Source: Zygnema circumcarinatum SAG 698-1b (Eukaryota; Plantae; Zygnematophyceae). Taken from it: DNA of 64,000 nt. The translations under genes and the position numbers were made by a program. The stretch lies in assembly GCA_037447605.1 (NCBI GenBank), contig CM074807.1, positions 3,794,829-3,858,828 of the forward strand, written 5' to 3'. Within the stretch, counting starts at the first letter, position 1, and each line of letters starts with the position of its first letter. The notes beneath the pieces were generated by a model, which saw only the letters and a program-made list of their open reading frames with translations, was not told where the DNA came from and did not search any database. Positions 13,798 to 25,668 of this stretch are shown here, in pieces.

Positions 13798-16700
13798 TCA
13801 CCTGCACGACTCTTCTTCACATAATACTGGGAAGCTCGTAAGACTGAGCAAGAAAGCTCTTCGGTGCCGGACAGAGGTTGGCCTTTGCACAAAGCTTTGC
13901 GGGGTCAATGTAGGTGTCAATGCCTGCGAACAGTAGTGGCAAGTACTCCAATATGGCGGCCTTGCACTGCATCACCACATGCACCCAACAAACCCACCGT
14001 CAGGCATGGACACACTCCTCAAAATTTCTCTTCGGTGACTTCTGCAGCCAGAACTACCAGCAACAAAGATGTGAGCAGCAGATTCCTCTACAGTCTTTGG
14101 AACAAATTTACTTTAGACCATAAGGGCTGCAACAGAAAATGTCATGATTCACACGACAAATTAGTCTCACTTTTTATCCGAGAGAAATTTCACGGTAAAC
14201 TGATAAAAGGCACAATGTGGACGTTCAAATGCTGCCATGAATACATGCAAGAGCGGCGTACACCATGCCAATGGACGCACCTGCTCCTGAACATCAGGTA
14301 CTTTAGAGCAAGCCTCCGTCAAATACACCGTTATTTTCACCTGCTCCTCCATACAGCCAACAAATTAGCCAATGCTATAAGCCAGAAGAAGCAGTCAGAA
14401 GGAATGTCACCAGAAAACTTATACGGCTGACCCCCTGTAGCAAGGAGGAAAAAACACAGCTGCATAGGAAAGATTACGAGTGTCTCCCAAACCGTAATAT
14501 CCAGTGCACTAGAATGTGAAAGGTTTCGTAGAGCAACAGAGTTTCATGCCCAGTTTCAGAAAAGTAAATACCTGTGTCTCCGGATCTTTAAGCCTTTTCT
14601 TCGCTTGAGCAATCGCAAAGCGGCAAGCCATGCAGTCCTGGGCATTGCCCACATGCTGAGCCCTTGCGTCAACTAAAGCAGCCTCTTGCTCCTTAATAAT
14701 CTCTGAAATGACGTCATTAACCAGCTTGTCCTTAGCGCTGCAGTATTTTGCGATCTGGCAAAACTCCTCCGGCGTCACTGATTTCAGGAGAACGATGAGC
14801 TGAGGGAAGTACACGTCCACCAACGAATCACACTGTGAAGGACAGTAAACAGGAAAGCCAAGGGACCCATTTAGTATCTGTCAGAACATTCAGGAGCAAC
14901 ACAATCCACAGAGTCTCACCGTCCTGTTCTGTTTCTGACCTACTTTAGTCAAAAAATGATATAAAGATCAGGCATACTGAGGCGAGGCCAGCCACACACC
15001 TGTCCAGATATTTTAGGATTCTTGACGCGTTGACAAGCCTTATGTAAGGTGGCGAGAATCTCCTCTTGTGTCTTACCATCTTCCAGCAACAGAAGAACCT
15101 GATATGCAACCTGTAGACAAATCTGACACTTGGGGGAGGCCTGTATGGCTGCCGCAGATTCCTGCGATGCAAGCCCCCTAAACGATTAGAACAACGCATA
15201 TCAGGTGTCATGCCATGGAGCATTAGAAACCGTCGCTGTGATATGTGCCACAAAAGAAACTGCATAAGCGAAAAAAACTGATTGACAACAGGTTGAATTT
15301 CAAATGACCACGGCCTCTGAAAAAAAATAAAGCAAATAGTCGCACATTACTTATAAACTACACTTTGTTCAGATAAGACGAAGGGAGGAAATGCACCTCA
15401 AGCACTGTCTCAGTAGCCTCAGGAACAGGGAGGGCGGCTAATTCTGAACTGCAAATTTTCGTTCGTACACATGTTCTGTCAACTGTAACGTACTCCTGAA
15501 GCAGAACAATGAACTGGGGAACATATTCTGCCACAAGAGAGTCACACTGCAAAATATTTCGAAGGAAGACCCACTGCTAAGTTAAAAATAGTGAGAATGA
15601 AGGTCATAAGAATGTTGCATTAGCGCAAACTTAGCGTCAACATGGATTCAACAGGATTCCGAAGATTGATCAACGACCTCGTGAATAAGTAACTATAGGT
15701 GAATCAAGCCAGTGTGAAGAAGCAATCAATCATTCAATCAACGACATATCAAAACTGTTGTCAAACCTATGAACAGAAAGGTACTAAACATGCTAGCGAT
15801 ACATTACTTGCTTTCCGATAACTTTTCAGTCTATTCACCAGCTGCTCACATAACTTTGAATTAAGAAATTCAGTAACAAAGGAGATTGTGAAAGAAAAGA
15901 CGTGGCCCTTCATGACTATGTCAAACAACACAAGCATTCACCACAGAAGCCGTTTGCAAACAAAGAAGTAAAGTGGTGAGCAAAGAACAGTCAATAAATA
16001 CTCCACCACGAAGCTCCATTACAAAAAGCACAGCTGCTGGACAGCTGCACACTAGCCAGAAAAGCTCACCGATTCAGCACCCAACTTGAAGCTGGAACAA
16101 ATGGCAGCCTGGACAGCGCTCACAGCCTGATCGGTAGTCTTGGGATCAGCGAGAAGAGTTATAACTTGGTTTGTAAACTTTAGACAAATGTTGCAGCTTG
16201 TTTGCTGTGATACATCCACCTCCGTGGAAATTGTTTCAACTGAAATTAAGTCCAACTCCAACAGGGGAGCATCTGGAGAAGAGTGAAAAGAAGTGAAGCT
16301 TGTCAGTAGTGCCTGACTGGCCTGGTAAAAACTAAAGCAAACACCTTAAAACACCACTTTCCAAAGGAGGACAAACATTGATTGCATTCGATATTAAATG
16401 GATGATAATCTCTGGGCAACCAAACATACATTCGAAAACCCGGATATCCCTTGGCAGACTCCAAATTTGACTACGGACAGTAAGCAACAAGCAGTCCAAA
16501 CAAGGCAGAGTTTGCAGCACGGTCGGCGTGAATGTAAGAATCAGCATAGGGATGCATGGTGAGAAGAGCATTAAAAAAAAACGACCAACCGCGTTCGCAA
16601 TGGGAAATCAGGAGCCAGCAAAAAAAAAAAAAAAAGGCACAACCGAAGTGCAAGAAGTAGACTCTTACATATAACAATCAAAGCGAAAATTCTCTTCGAA

Positions 16701-17006
16701 TTCTAAAAAGTAAATTTAACAACTCTACACACTGCACACTGACCCTGCCGTCTCAGTATATTCAAATTGCGATTGTGCCTATCCTGGACGAATGGCTCTT
16801 GCCATAGCCGGCTTCGAGCAGTCAAATCCTACTCAATTCATCCAGCAATTTCCAACAGTCAGCAAGTGATCTCAATCCCATCCGCCTTCACCAAGCAGAG
16901 ACTGACTGCTAGAGTCACCTTCATCCAAGCCCCGGCTGTACACATGCCCTGCAAGCACTGCCAAGATGAAATACACAAGAAGCGAGCGCCGTGAAGATGT
17001 CGCCAT
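13798..17006 (-). CDS. Prosaposin-like secreted/vacuolar protein with three saposin B domains
   Basis: ATG 17006 starts a signal peptide (MATSSRRSLLVYFILAVLAG). Seven exons give three complete 6-Cys SapB sets: CNIC..CSSF..CDSL..CVRTKIC; CQIC..CQRV..CDSL..CQIAKYC; CMAC..CSKV..CKAA..CAKANLC. The stop position (TGA 13798-13800) is less certain. Confidence 0.9.
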
Positions 17007-18433
17007 GGCTGCAGAACCTCTTCCAAGGCCACCTCCCAACTGCAAGAGCACTCTCTGCCTGTTGCAGGAAAGCGCTTGCGGAGCACTAGTAACCTGAAAG
17101 CGTCCCTTTTGCTGTTCCCGGAATTCCCGATCTTTGTCGCCGTCAGTCGTTGCGTGCTGACGGTTGAACAACCGCATGGGTCGCTACGTTCTCTGTCGTT
17201 GAACTGATAAATCGCATGATTATTTTCAACATAAACGCTGTTCCATGTGACGCGGTCCCTACGACGTCCCTTTTTAAGTCCGCGTCAGTCCAAGGGCCTG
17301 CCACGTCCGCGGATTAGAACCTGGAAATTTCCGCGAACGTCACTCTGTACGGCGGTCATTTCAAGACTGAGAAGTTGCCGGGGCCGTACTGTACAATCTA
17401 ACACGAGACAACGGCTTTGCCCGTACTGTACGAATTTGTACTGACTTGTCAACTCAAGTGCTTTCTCCACTGGTCCTTTTTTGTCCTTAGTGAGGGGCGG
17501 CTTGTCGTGGTTTCCGAGGCTGGCTTCGAGGGCAAAGAGAGGAAGGTGCCCTAACTGGGCCGGGATAAGGAAACCACGAAGAGGGGCATGCCGAAGGCTT
17601 AGCTGTAAGCATAAGGGATTGTATGGCCGCCGTTTGCAACTGGAATTTGGTTTCAAATTTCCAATGCAGGTGGAATGGTTTTGGACTGGGACTGAGTGTC
17701 CAGAAGCGATCAGTGGAGATTAGGGCTGAGGGCCCACTGTGCAGGGAGAGGGCAGGTATCGCAGCTCGGGCAGTGCTCACTGTGGAGTCTCACTGCTGTG
17801 GTGTATGCGACAGGTGAGCTCTTCAGCTGCTGTAGATTTCAGAACCTGTTGCCCTTTCTTTTCCCAAGACCCGACCTTTATCTCAGTCATTGCTTCTGTT
17901 TCTACATTTTCTGCGTATGTGACCCGGTCATGCTTTGCCCGGGAGGGTTCTTCTGAGGAATGTAGTTTTACTTGTGGGTGAATTTCAATAAGTTATTACT
18001 GCCTTTCGCCTGACATTTGCGTTTCTTTCATGCCTTCAGCTTAACCGACCCTATCCTGTTTTCATACATTGTCATTTTTTTATCTGAGAAACGTAAAATG
18101 TTCATCCCCTGACTAGCTACTGTCTGCTACTTATCAGACAACTGAGCTCGAAGCTCAGGAATAGGCCGAATGACCTGTATGTTTAACTGGTGAAGAAGCC
18201 ATGCTTCAATCCCAAGGTCTTAGATGCCAGACTGGAGCCCCTTCGTTACAAGGCACCAAGTGACGACGCTATTGTGGCGTTGGATCGATAAGTACTACTT
18301 CTAGCAGAGCACAGGCTTATGAGCTCCATGTAACTTGCAGTTCAGAATCGTCTGGTGGGAGGCGCGAGGATGATATGTCATATTTGCGAGGGTTGCTTTG
18401 CAGGACCCATTGTTGATTGCCCGCTGACAAGTA

Positions 18434-21400
18434 ATGCGGCGAAGGCAACAAGTAGGAGCCGCATTGAGTGGAACGCGAAACCCTAAGAAGCTGAGCAAGT
18501 CCCTGTTTTTTGGAGCGGCGTTTCTTGCGGCCCTTGCACTGGTTCCATGGTATGTTCATGTCGTTGGGTGATACTCAAGGATTATTTTGAGGCTGCATCT
18601 TCAACTTCAGCGTTTGGAATCGTGTCATCCTTCCTTTTGTTTAGGTTTGGGAAGCCAAGTAGCTAAAGTAAGGTGGAAGAGCTGACCTTGCTAATGCCTG
18701 GGTACATTCGTATGAGGTTTGTGAATGGGGTGGCAAGGACACTTGCCAGCCAGGGGTTGCTCGCAAAGCTGATGTTAGAAAAGAGAACCCTGGTCGTTTT
18801 CTATTTACATGTTGAAACATGCATATTTTCTTTTCACTGGAATGTTGAGCTCGACTCGCCATTCTGGAGCATCTAAGACCCTATGCTACACAGTATACTT
18901 TTGCCATTCTGAAGCAAGTTATAATGACTGTTACGGATAGATCGAGTGCATGTGTGGATTGCCAACTGTGGTAAGACTAAGTGGAAAAATGTGGTGCAGG
19001 CTGTTGTACACAGAAGGGAGGGTGCCATTATGGTCAACTTCCGTACAAGAGATGGCCGACCTTACAGGTATGGCGTTGACAAGAATAGATGGAAGTGCTA
19101 TTTTAAAGATGACCTGTTGTTGGATGCTCCACAGTGAAGATCTATGGTTAAGATGATGAGTCTGCACAATAATCTGTGTATTAGTAATGAGGTTGATGTG
19201 ATCTCAAGTAATGAGGACGCTGGCCTAACTTCCCGTACAACAATAAGAATAAGAACGCCGTTTTTCAAAACCAATACGAAATAACATCTCCGCATGCTGA
19301 GACTCGAGTCATGTTGGATACTATGTCAAATACGTCGTTAGAAATGCACTCATAACTTTTTGACTGCTACGAAGGTATCTATTTGGAGGGATTGGGCCAG
19401 ACCGAACAGCCATCGAGGTGGAGGAGAACGTTGTGAACTCCACCGCTACTTCTGCTCTGGAGAAAGAACGAGGTTCTTCTAGAGCCACCACTGGAGTGCA
19501 GGAGCTACCCTCTGCAACACAGCCCAATGAAATCAAGGGCAACCAAACCAGTCATGATGCTATTACTATTCAGTCAGGTTTTCAAAGTGCAAAGGAATCA
19601 CTTGACCATGATGCAGACTCTAAGGGGTCAACAATTCTGCCGGAGCCGATTGGCCAGAAAGTTGTTCCTCTCGATTCTGAATCTATTCCGGAAGTGGGAT
19701 CTCCCATGAACGCAATTACCATGAACTATTTTGAATCAGCAGGTGACTATGTTTCTCAGGAAGCAGAAGAGTCTATTTTTTCAGACCCGGATACTAAGCG
19801 CATTTTTTCAGAAAAGGCTGCACAAGCTTTTGTATCCAAGTTTACGTCTTCTGTTCTGTCTTCAGTTGTATCGCCACCAGGGGTTCAGGGTCCTTTGTCA
19901 GCGGATTCCAAGACTGCCAAAATTCTTCCGCTAATGCTTCTTCTGAATGTAACTCCACCTCCAAAGTCCAACCCATTGTCTCCAACCAAGGAAGGTTTTG
20001 TGAGTTGGGTTCTTTCCTTCTTGACGAATCGGAAGGAGTCTGGCAAGTTGACAGTCGGAACATTCACAGCTCCTCCAACTCAGATGACTTCTGCAGCTTT
20101 TCTCCCACCCGTTAGCGATGAGCTTGAGAAAGTTGAAGGTTTGAAATCATGGTTGCACAAGGTGGAGGCGGAAAGGGCTGCAAAGCTGAAGGAATGGAAA
20201 AATCGGCGACAGATGAAAAACGGAAAATTCAAACCTCGATGCCATGATGCCAAACTGCCATCATGCTACTTAACGGATGAAGAGATCAGTGCGTTGCGGG
20301 TCACTAAAAGACCTGCAAAACCGAAGCATAATGTTCTCACTCCGCCCCCTCCCCCTGATCCTGAAGCAGATGACTATGAATCTCAGATTCCACTTGACAA
20401 AGTAGGATGGCCGTATTTGTCAGCTAACCCCAGGTGGACGAAATCAGATCGACTTAGAAAGGATATCCTTGCAGAGAGGAAGAATTCAAGGGGACGGGTC
20501 ACTCCGAGAATGCTTGAGCTCATGCAGCGGCGAATCATGAATAAGGTTGAATTCAGCAAGGGGAAGTTTCCCGAAAGCGAGTGGACCAATGTTGTAGCTC
20601 GAGCAGTTAACAACGGAACACGCATGTGGAATCGTTTGGTGGGATTGGGGTTGACCGAGTCAACTGGTGGGAATTCTGCTTTAGAGTCGACAACCACTTC
20701 TCCTCTGCTGTTCATCGGGATCGTTTCAAGTCCAAAGCATGTCAGTCGGAGACAAGCTTGTCGGGAATCATGGCTGCAATATCCAGAGGTTCAGTCTGGA
20801 AAGGTCATCTACCGATTTTTTGTGGGTCTGGTGAGTAGTCAACTACTAAGTGGGTTGGTGGGGTGAAGTAATTCACGCAATCCATGTTTGAATTCGGTCA
20901 TTGGAATTCGGCTATTGAATGGAAACTTGAGCTGCTCCTTCCAGTAATGCTAGGCTCCGTCATCATGGTCTTATTGTCTTTGAAGCTTCATAGCTTGGCT
21001 GCCACCTCTCTGCCAGAATGTTTCTTTTCCTATTCTCGTTGTCTCCTTTTTCCTCTCCCTCGTAACAGGAGGAATGCCATTTTCCAATGTTAGTCCGGGT
21101 GGCTTCAGATCAGGTTAGCCTGTTATGGAAGGTTAGTCAACTCATGTAGTTTGTCTGTTTTCATGCTTATCACTCTGCGTTCTGCAGCATCGAGACATCA
21201 GCATCGACGAGGATTTGCTCGCAGAAAAAGAGAAACGTCACGACTTAGAGATTCTCCAATTTATGGATTCCTATTACGTCCTGTCTTTGAAAACACTCGC
21301 CATTGCCCAATTCGCGGTGAGTCTTTGTTTTTATCTCCACTCTCGCTTTAACAAGAAACTGGTGCCTCTCTAATCGTCACCTGTGACTCATTTCTGTTGC

Positions 21401-22826
21401 CTTCGCTACACCTATGGTATTCACCCCTACAAAAAAAAGGAAGTTCTGACTTTCTGCCACGTAGTACTCCCGTACATAAAAAAACTACTGCAACTTTTGT
21501 AGCAATCCAGATCATTCATCGTCATTCATCATTCCTCTTCCTACATATGTTCTTAATGTGCCGAGCTTGGTCAGCAGGATTATTCCTATCGAAGTGGTGT
21601 TACATACTTGTATGACGGATGGTCTGACTCTGCAGGCCGGCCACTTGGAGGGGGTCGTGTAGGCTCTGAAGTCAACATCGACCTTTGTGATGAAGACAGA
21701 TGATGATACCTTCATTCGAGTGGATGAAGTATTGAAGCGGCTGTTGGCTACGAATCAGACTCGTTTACTTTTCTATGGGTCTCTTGTGAAGGAGAGTCGG
21801 CCTGTACGGAGCCGCAGAAGCAAGTGGTATGTGAGCCGTATGGTGAGCCCCACCAGTTCCCTTCCTGTGCGTTAAAGTATTCGATAACCGCAAAAGATAA
21901 TTATGAAACGCAATGACATTTCTGTGGAAGATCATGACATTTCCTGAAGTCGATGATGGATTGACGAAAGTTGGTGATGGGGGGGGGGCAAGGAATGCTG
22001 GGAGAGCAGGAATGGCCAGGACCAAAATACCCCGTTTGGGCCCATGGTGTAGGCTACATTTTTTCCTCCGACATAGCTCGACTCATCAGTGATACCTACG
22101 ATTCTGGGAACTTGGAGGTGAGAGGAATGGCCTGCTTCAGCAGCAGCAGTATAGCATTGTTCGGATGGCATCGTACGTTTTTGTTATTCAGTTAATATAC
22201 CTCCGAGACTTGACCTATGCTGTGAGTGTTAAACGCAGTAGGCTGGTTTTGTAGTTATGAGAGGAGAAGGCGAGGGTGGGGGTAAGGGGAGGATGGAGGG
22301 AGAGTGAATTTGGGGAATATGTCAGGAGAGAGAAGGGATGAGTGAGGGAGCAGTTTAGGGAGAGGGAGAGAGTGAAGAAAGTAGGAGAATGGTTCAAGCA
22401 CATGGAGGGAGCACTCCAGGTCTTGGGTAATGTAGATCAGAGCATTTAGCTGAGTGTAATCATGACCTTAGAACGTTGTTTAGAGTAAAGCAGATGACCA
22501 GATTCTTATGTGACGATGAAGGAGGGCAAGAGCGTACCCTGTACGGAAAGAGGATCTTATGTATTGGGGACGGTCAAACTGAAGTGTGAACCGCCGGCTG
22601 TGTGTGATCTGTTGTGCAGATGTTCCGGTTGGAAGACATAGGACTGTCTATTTGGATAGACATGCTCGCTAAGAGGATGCAGGTCTCATATGTTCACGAC
22701 ACGGATATTATATTCGATGGCTGCAAAACTGGCTATGTCATGGCACATTATCAACTCCCTCCAGGATTGGTCTGCTTATGGAAACAACTGGAAGCAGGCA
22801 ATGGACCGCGGTGTTGTACTTCCTAA
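18434..22826 (+). CDS. GT31 beta-1,3-galactosyltransferase, GALT1/Hyp-O-GALT-like catalytic domain, type II membrane protein
   Basis: Exon 18434-18549 (N-terminal TM FFGAAFLAALALVPW) splices to 19375-20829, then four further exons. Motifs LFIGIVSS..RRQACRESW, MKTDDDTF, YPVWAHGVGY, FRLEDIGLSIW and terminal CLW...CC. Stop TAA at 22824-22826. Confidence 0.92.
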
Positions 22827-23543
22827 TAACAGGCTCGTTATTTATGTAGGGCGAAAGTAAACTGCTGTTGCTCTTAGTTTTTAGAAGGTTGGTCAGTAGT
22901 TAAGAAGGTGGTTTCTTTTCCATTATAGTGAGCTACCCTTCGTGCTCTTCACAAGGTTTAGGGCCCTCAGGGTTTGTGCTCTTATTCTTGATTTCAAACC
23001 TCGCTCTTGAGGGCATGAAGAATTCAGCAGTTGGGAACAGGCACTTGGGGTGCCGAATTTTTTGCCGCTGCTCGTCTACTTTTGAAAGTAGACGAGTGAG
23101 TAGCGGCAGGTTCGACCAGCTGTCACTATGATTGCCTTCGCTGTCAAAGGTGCCCACACATCTCAGGACGACAAGAGTACATTATCATTGGAAAAGTTTC
23201 GAGCTGCGACTTAGAAACTTTGGATGGTGGTGAAATCATTTGGTTTGAGTTACAGTTGCCTTTTGTTGTAATGCGCTAGGTAAGCAGTGAGATGTTGTTT
23301 GTGTTGTCTAGTATGTTCGAGCAATTGTTTGTAGTTGGACGTGTTGTCTACTGTAATTGTTCGCATATAGCTTGATTTTGTTGATTGTAATCCTCATAGA
23401 AAACTGCAAAGTGATCGATAGCGTTGCAGCCAGTGGCAAAAATAAGTGAACAAAGTACACTAAATCTACACTAAATTGTGAGACTTAGCCAAGCCGTACA
23501 AGTTGATTACACTGAGATCCTTCTTCTTACGTTTCAAGCGGGA

Positions 23544-23630
23544 GGATGTGCCATTGATCTCACGATGCCATCAAATGGACATGGACAAAATCATCATTGG
23601 GAACCACATGAGAAACTGCTCGCGAAGGAC
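23544..23630 (-). repeat. Short dispersed element homologous to the 3' tail of the CRE-like LINE
   Basis: The reverse complement (GTGGTTCCCAATGATGATTTTGTCCATGTCCATTTGATGGCATCGTGAGATCAATGG) aligns with 48036-48118 and 59210-59307. Confidence 0.8.
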
Positions 23631-23973
23631 ATAAGGAGAGAAGAAAAAAGCTAAGCGTTTCACCCGTGTTCACGATCCTATATCATCATTCAAAATCAAG
23701 CGATGCTCGACTGCCATAAGACGATTATCGAAGAAGCATATACCGTACAAGTTGTTACTTCCCTGGCTTCCAACCCTAAAGGAGAAGAGGGGAGCAGCAA
23801 GGCTGCGATTGCCTTCGAGGAGAGGGACGAGAGAGGGGGCGCGGAAAGAGGGCAAGGATTTGTCTGGCGGCTTTTTCGATTTTACTAGTTCTGCTCGTTC
23901 GACGACGGGAGGCGCTTTCAGAAGGAAGGAAGGCTTTCAGAAGGTTTGTCTAATTTTTTTGGGGTTTCGGGCC

Positions 23974-25619
23974 ATGGCTCGTCCACGAAGACCCGTGGAG
24001 ATCTTGCCTACTAAGAGCGCAGTAAAGCGTCGGAAATTGGATAAAAGGCAGCCGCAGGCTGGGGAGGAGGATGTAGCAACAGCTATTGAGGTTCAGAATG
24101 GGGCCATGGAGGTTAATGAATCAAGAGGGCAAGAATTACGTCTGACAAAAGCGCATAGCAGTGGTGGGAGTGGAATAAGCATCTTTTCTGCTGGAATGAA
24201 GCGGAAAAGTAGGGATCAGAATCCTCCAGTATCTATCATCCCGGGGACTACGGGAAGGGAGGAGGTCGGTGTACAGGATAGGAAAAAACGAAAGGCAGGT
24301 GATATGAATGGTGAAGAATTTAGATTAGAAGAGAGGAAAGGTGCGAAGCTCAAGAAAGCTGCAAGTAGAAAGTCCTTAAGCACATCTGAAGGAGCCCTTG
24401 TTAGTGGAGACGAGGAAACAGGGTTAGAAAATGTGCAGGGTGAAGATAGCCTACTTAAACCTATGACGGAGGAGAAGAATGGAAATAACGGAATGGAAGC
24501 ATTGCAAGAGGCTGAAGTAGAGAAGTTCGAAGGTTTAGGACTAGCGGAATGGCTCACTATGACTTGTCGAGAGCTGGGAATGCGAACACCTACACACGTT
24601 CAGAGAGCATGCGTTCCAGCGATCCTAGCTGGGAAGAATGTTGTTGGGATTGCGCAAACTGGCAGCGGTAAAACCGCCGCTTTTGCTTTGCCCATTCTCC
24701 AGGTATTCAGTCGTGGTCCTTGCTCTTCATGCGATACCAGTTTTCTCAAGTTTGTGGCCACCATATAAAAACAACCTTTTCCTTAGAAGGTTATGTGGTC
24801 GCTGCCCTAATGCTGACTCTTGCGGTATACGGAGGTGATGTTCGAGTCAGAGTGCAAAACGTCCGACCTATTACTGTGATCAGTAGGGTTTTGGCGTCCC
24901 TGTTTTTTGAGGGGTAGTTTCAATCTTACCCTCTATCCTGGGCACGGGTTTTCAACTATCTATGGAAGTAGCTTCACATGCCTACAGAAGGTAGTCAGGA
25001 CTTCAATAGCAATGGAGAAGCTTGAAAATGCTGTTCATTTAGAAACATAGCCCATGAAGAAGGCTTTTCTTTGAATGATGATGGGGATTAGTCAGCTTTG
25101 GTTCGGAGGGTCCTTTCAAAAGACCTTGAATGTGGCAGTGAGCTTGAGGATTTTGAACTGTAACGAAAGGGACTTGTCGAACCTTCATTTCGGCCTGTGC
25201 CTCTGTCTTACAGATAAAGCTGTTCTTTCCGGATAATACTTTTTCATTGATAAAAGCTCACTCTTATGCTGGCTTGCTTTACAGAAATTGGCCCTAGACC
25301 CCTATGGAGTGTTTGCCCTCGTTCTCACCCCAACAAGGGAACTCGCAATGCAACTTGCGGATCAGTTTCGTGCTTTGGGTTCTGGAGTTCGTCTTCGTGA
25401 GACTGTGGTGATAGGTGGAGTGGAGATGACAGCTCAGGCACAAAAGTTAGCTGGTCGACCTCATGTGGTAATAGCTACACCCGGCCGGCTTCGGGACCAC
25501 CTCACAAGTGACCCGAACATGCACAAAGTATTTGCTCGCACTCAGGTAATTCTTGAAATGCTGGAAGAGTTCGGTAATTCCAGACAGTGGGGCATGAGTG
25601 ATGTTGGCTGCTCCATCTG

Positions 25620-25668
<49 letters not shown>

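Noticed and set aside
18900-19156. ORFs in GALT intron 1 that could be an extra exon
   Set aside because: Splice phase fits direct joining of 18549 to 19375; the extra exon would shift frame.
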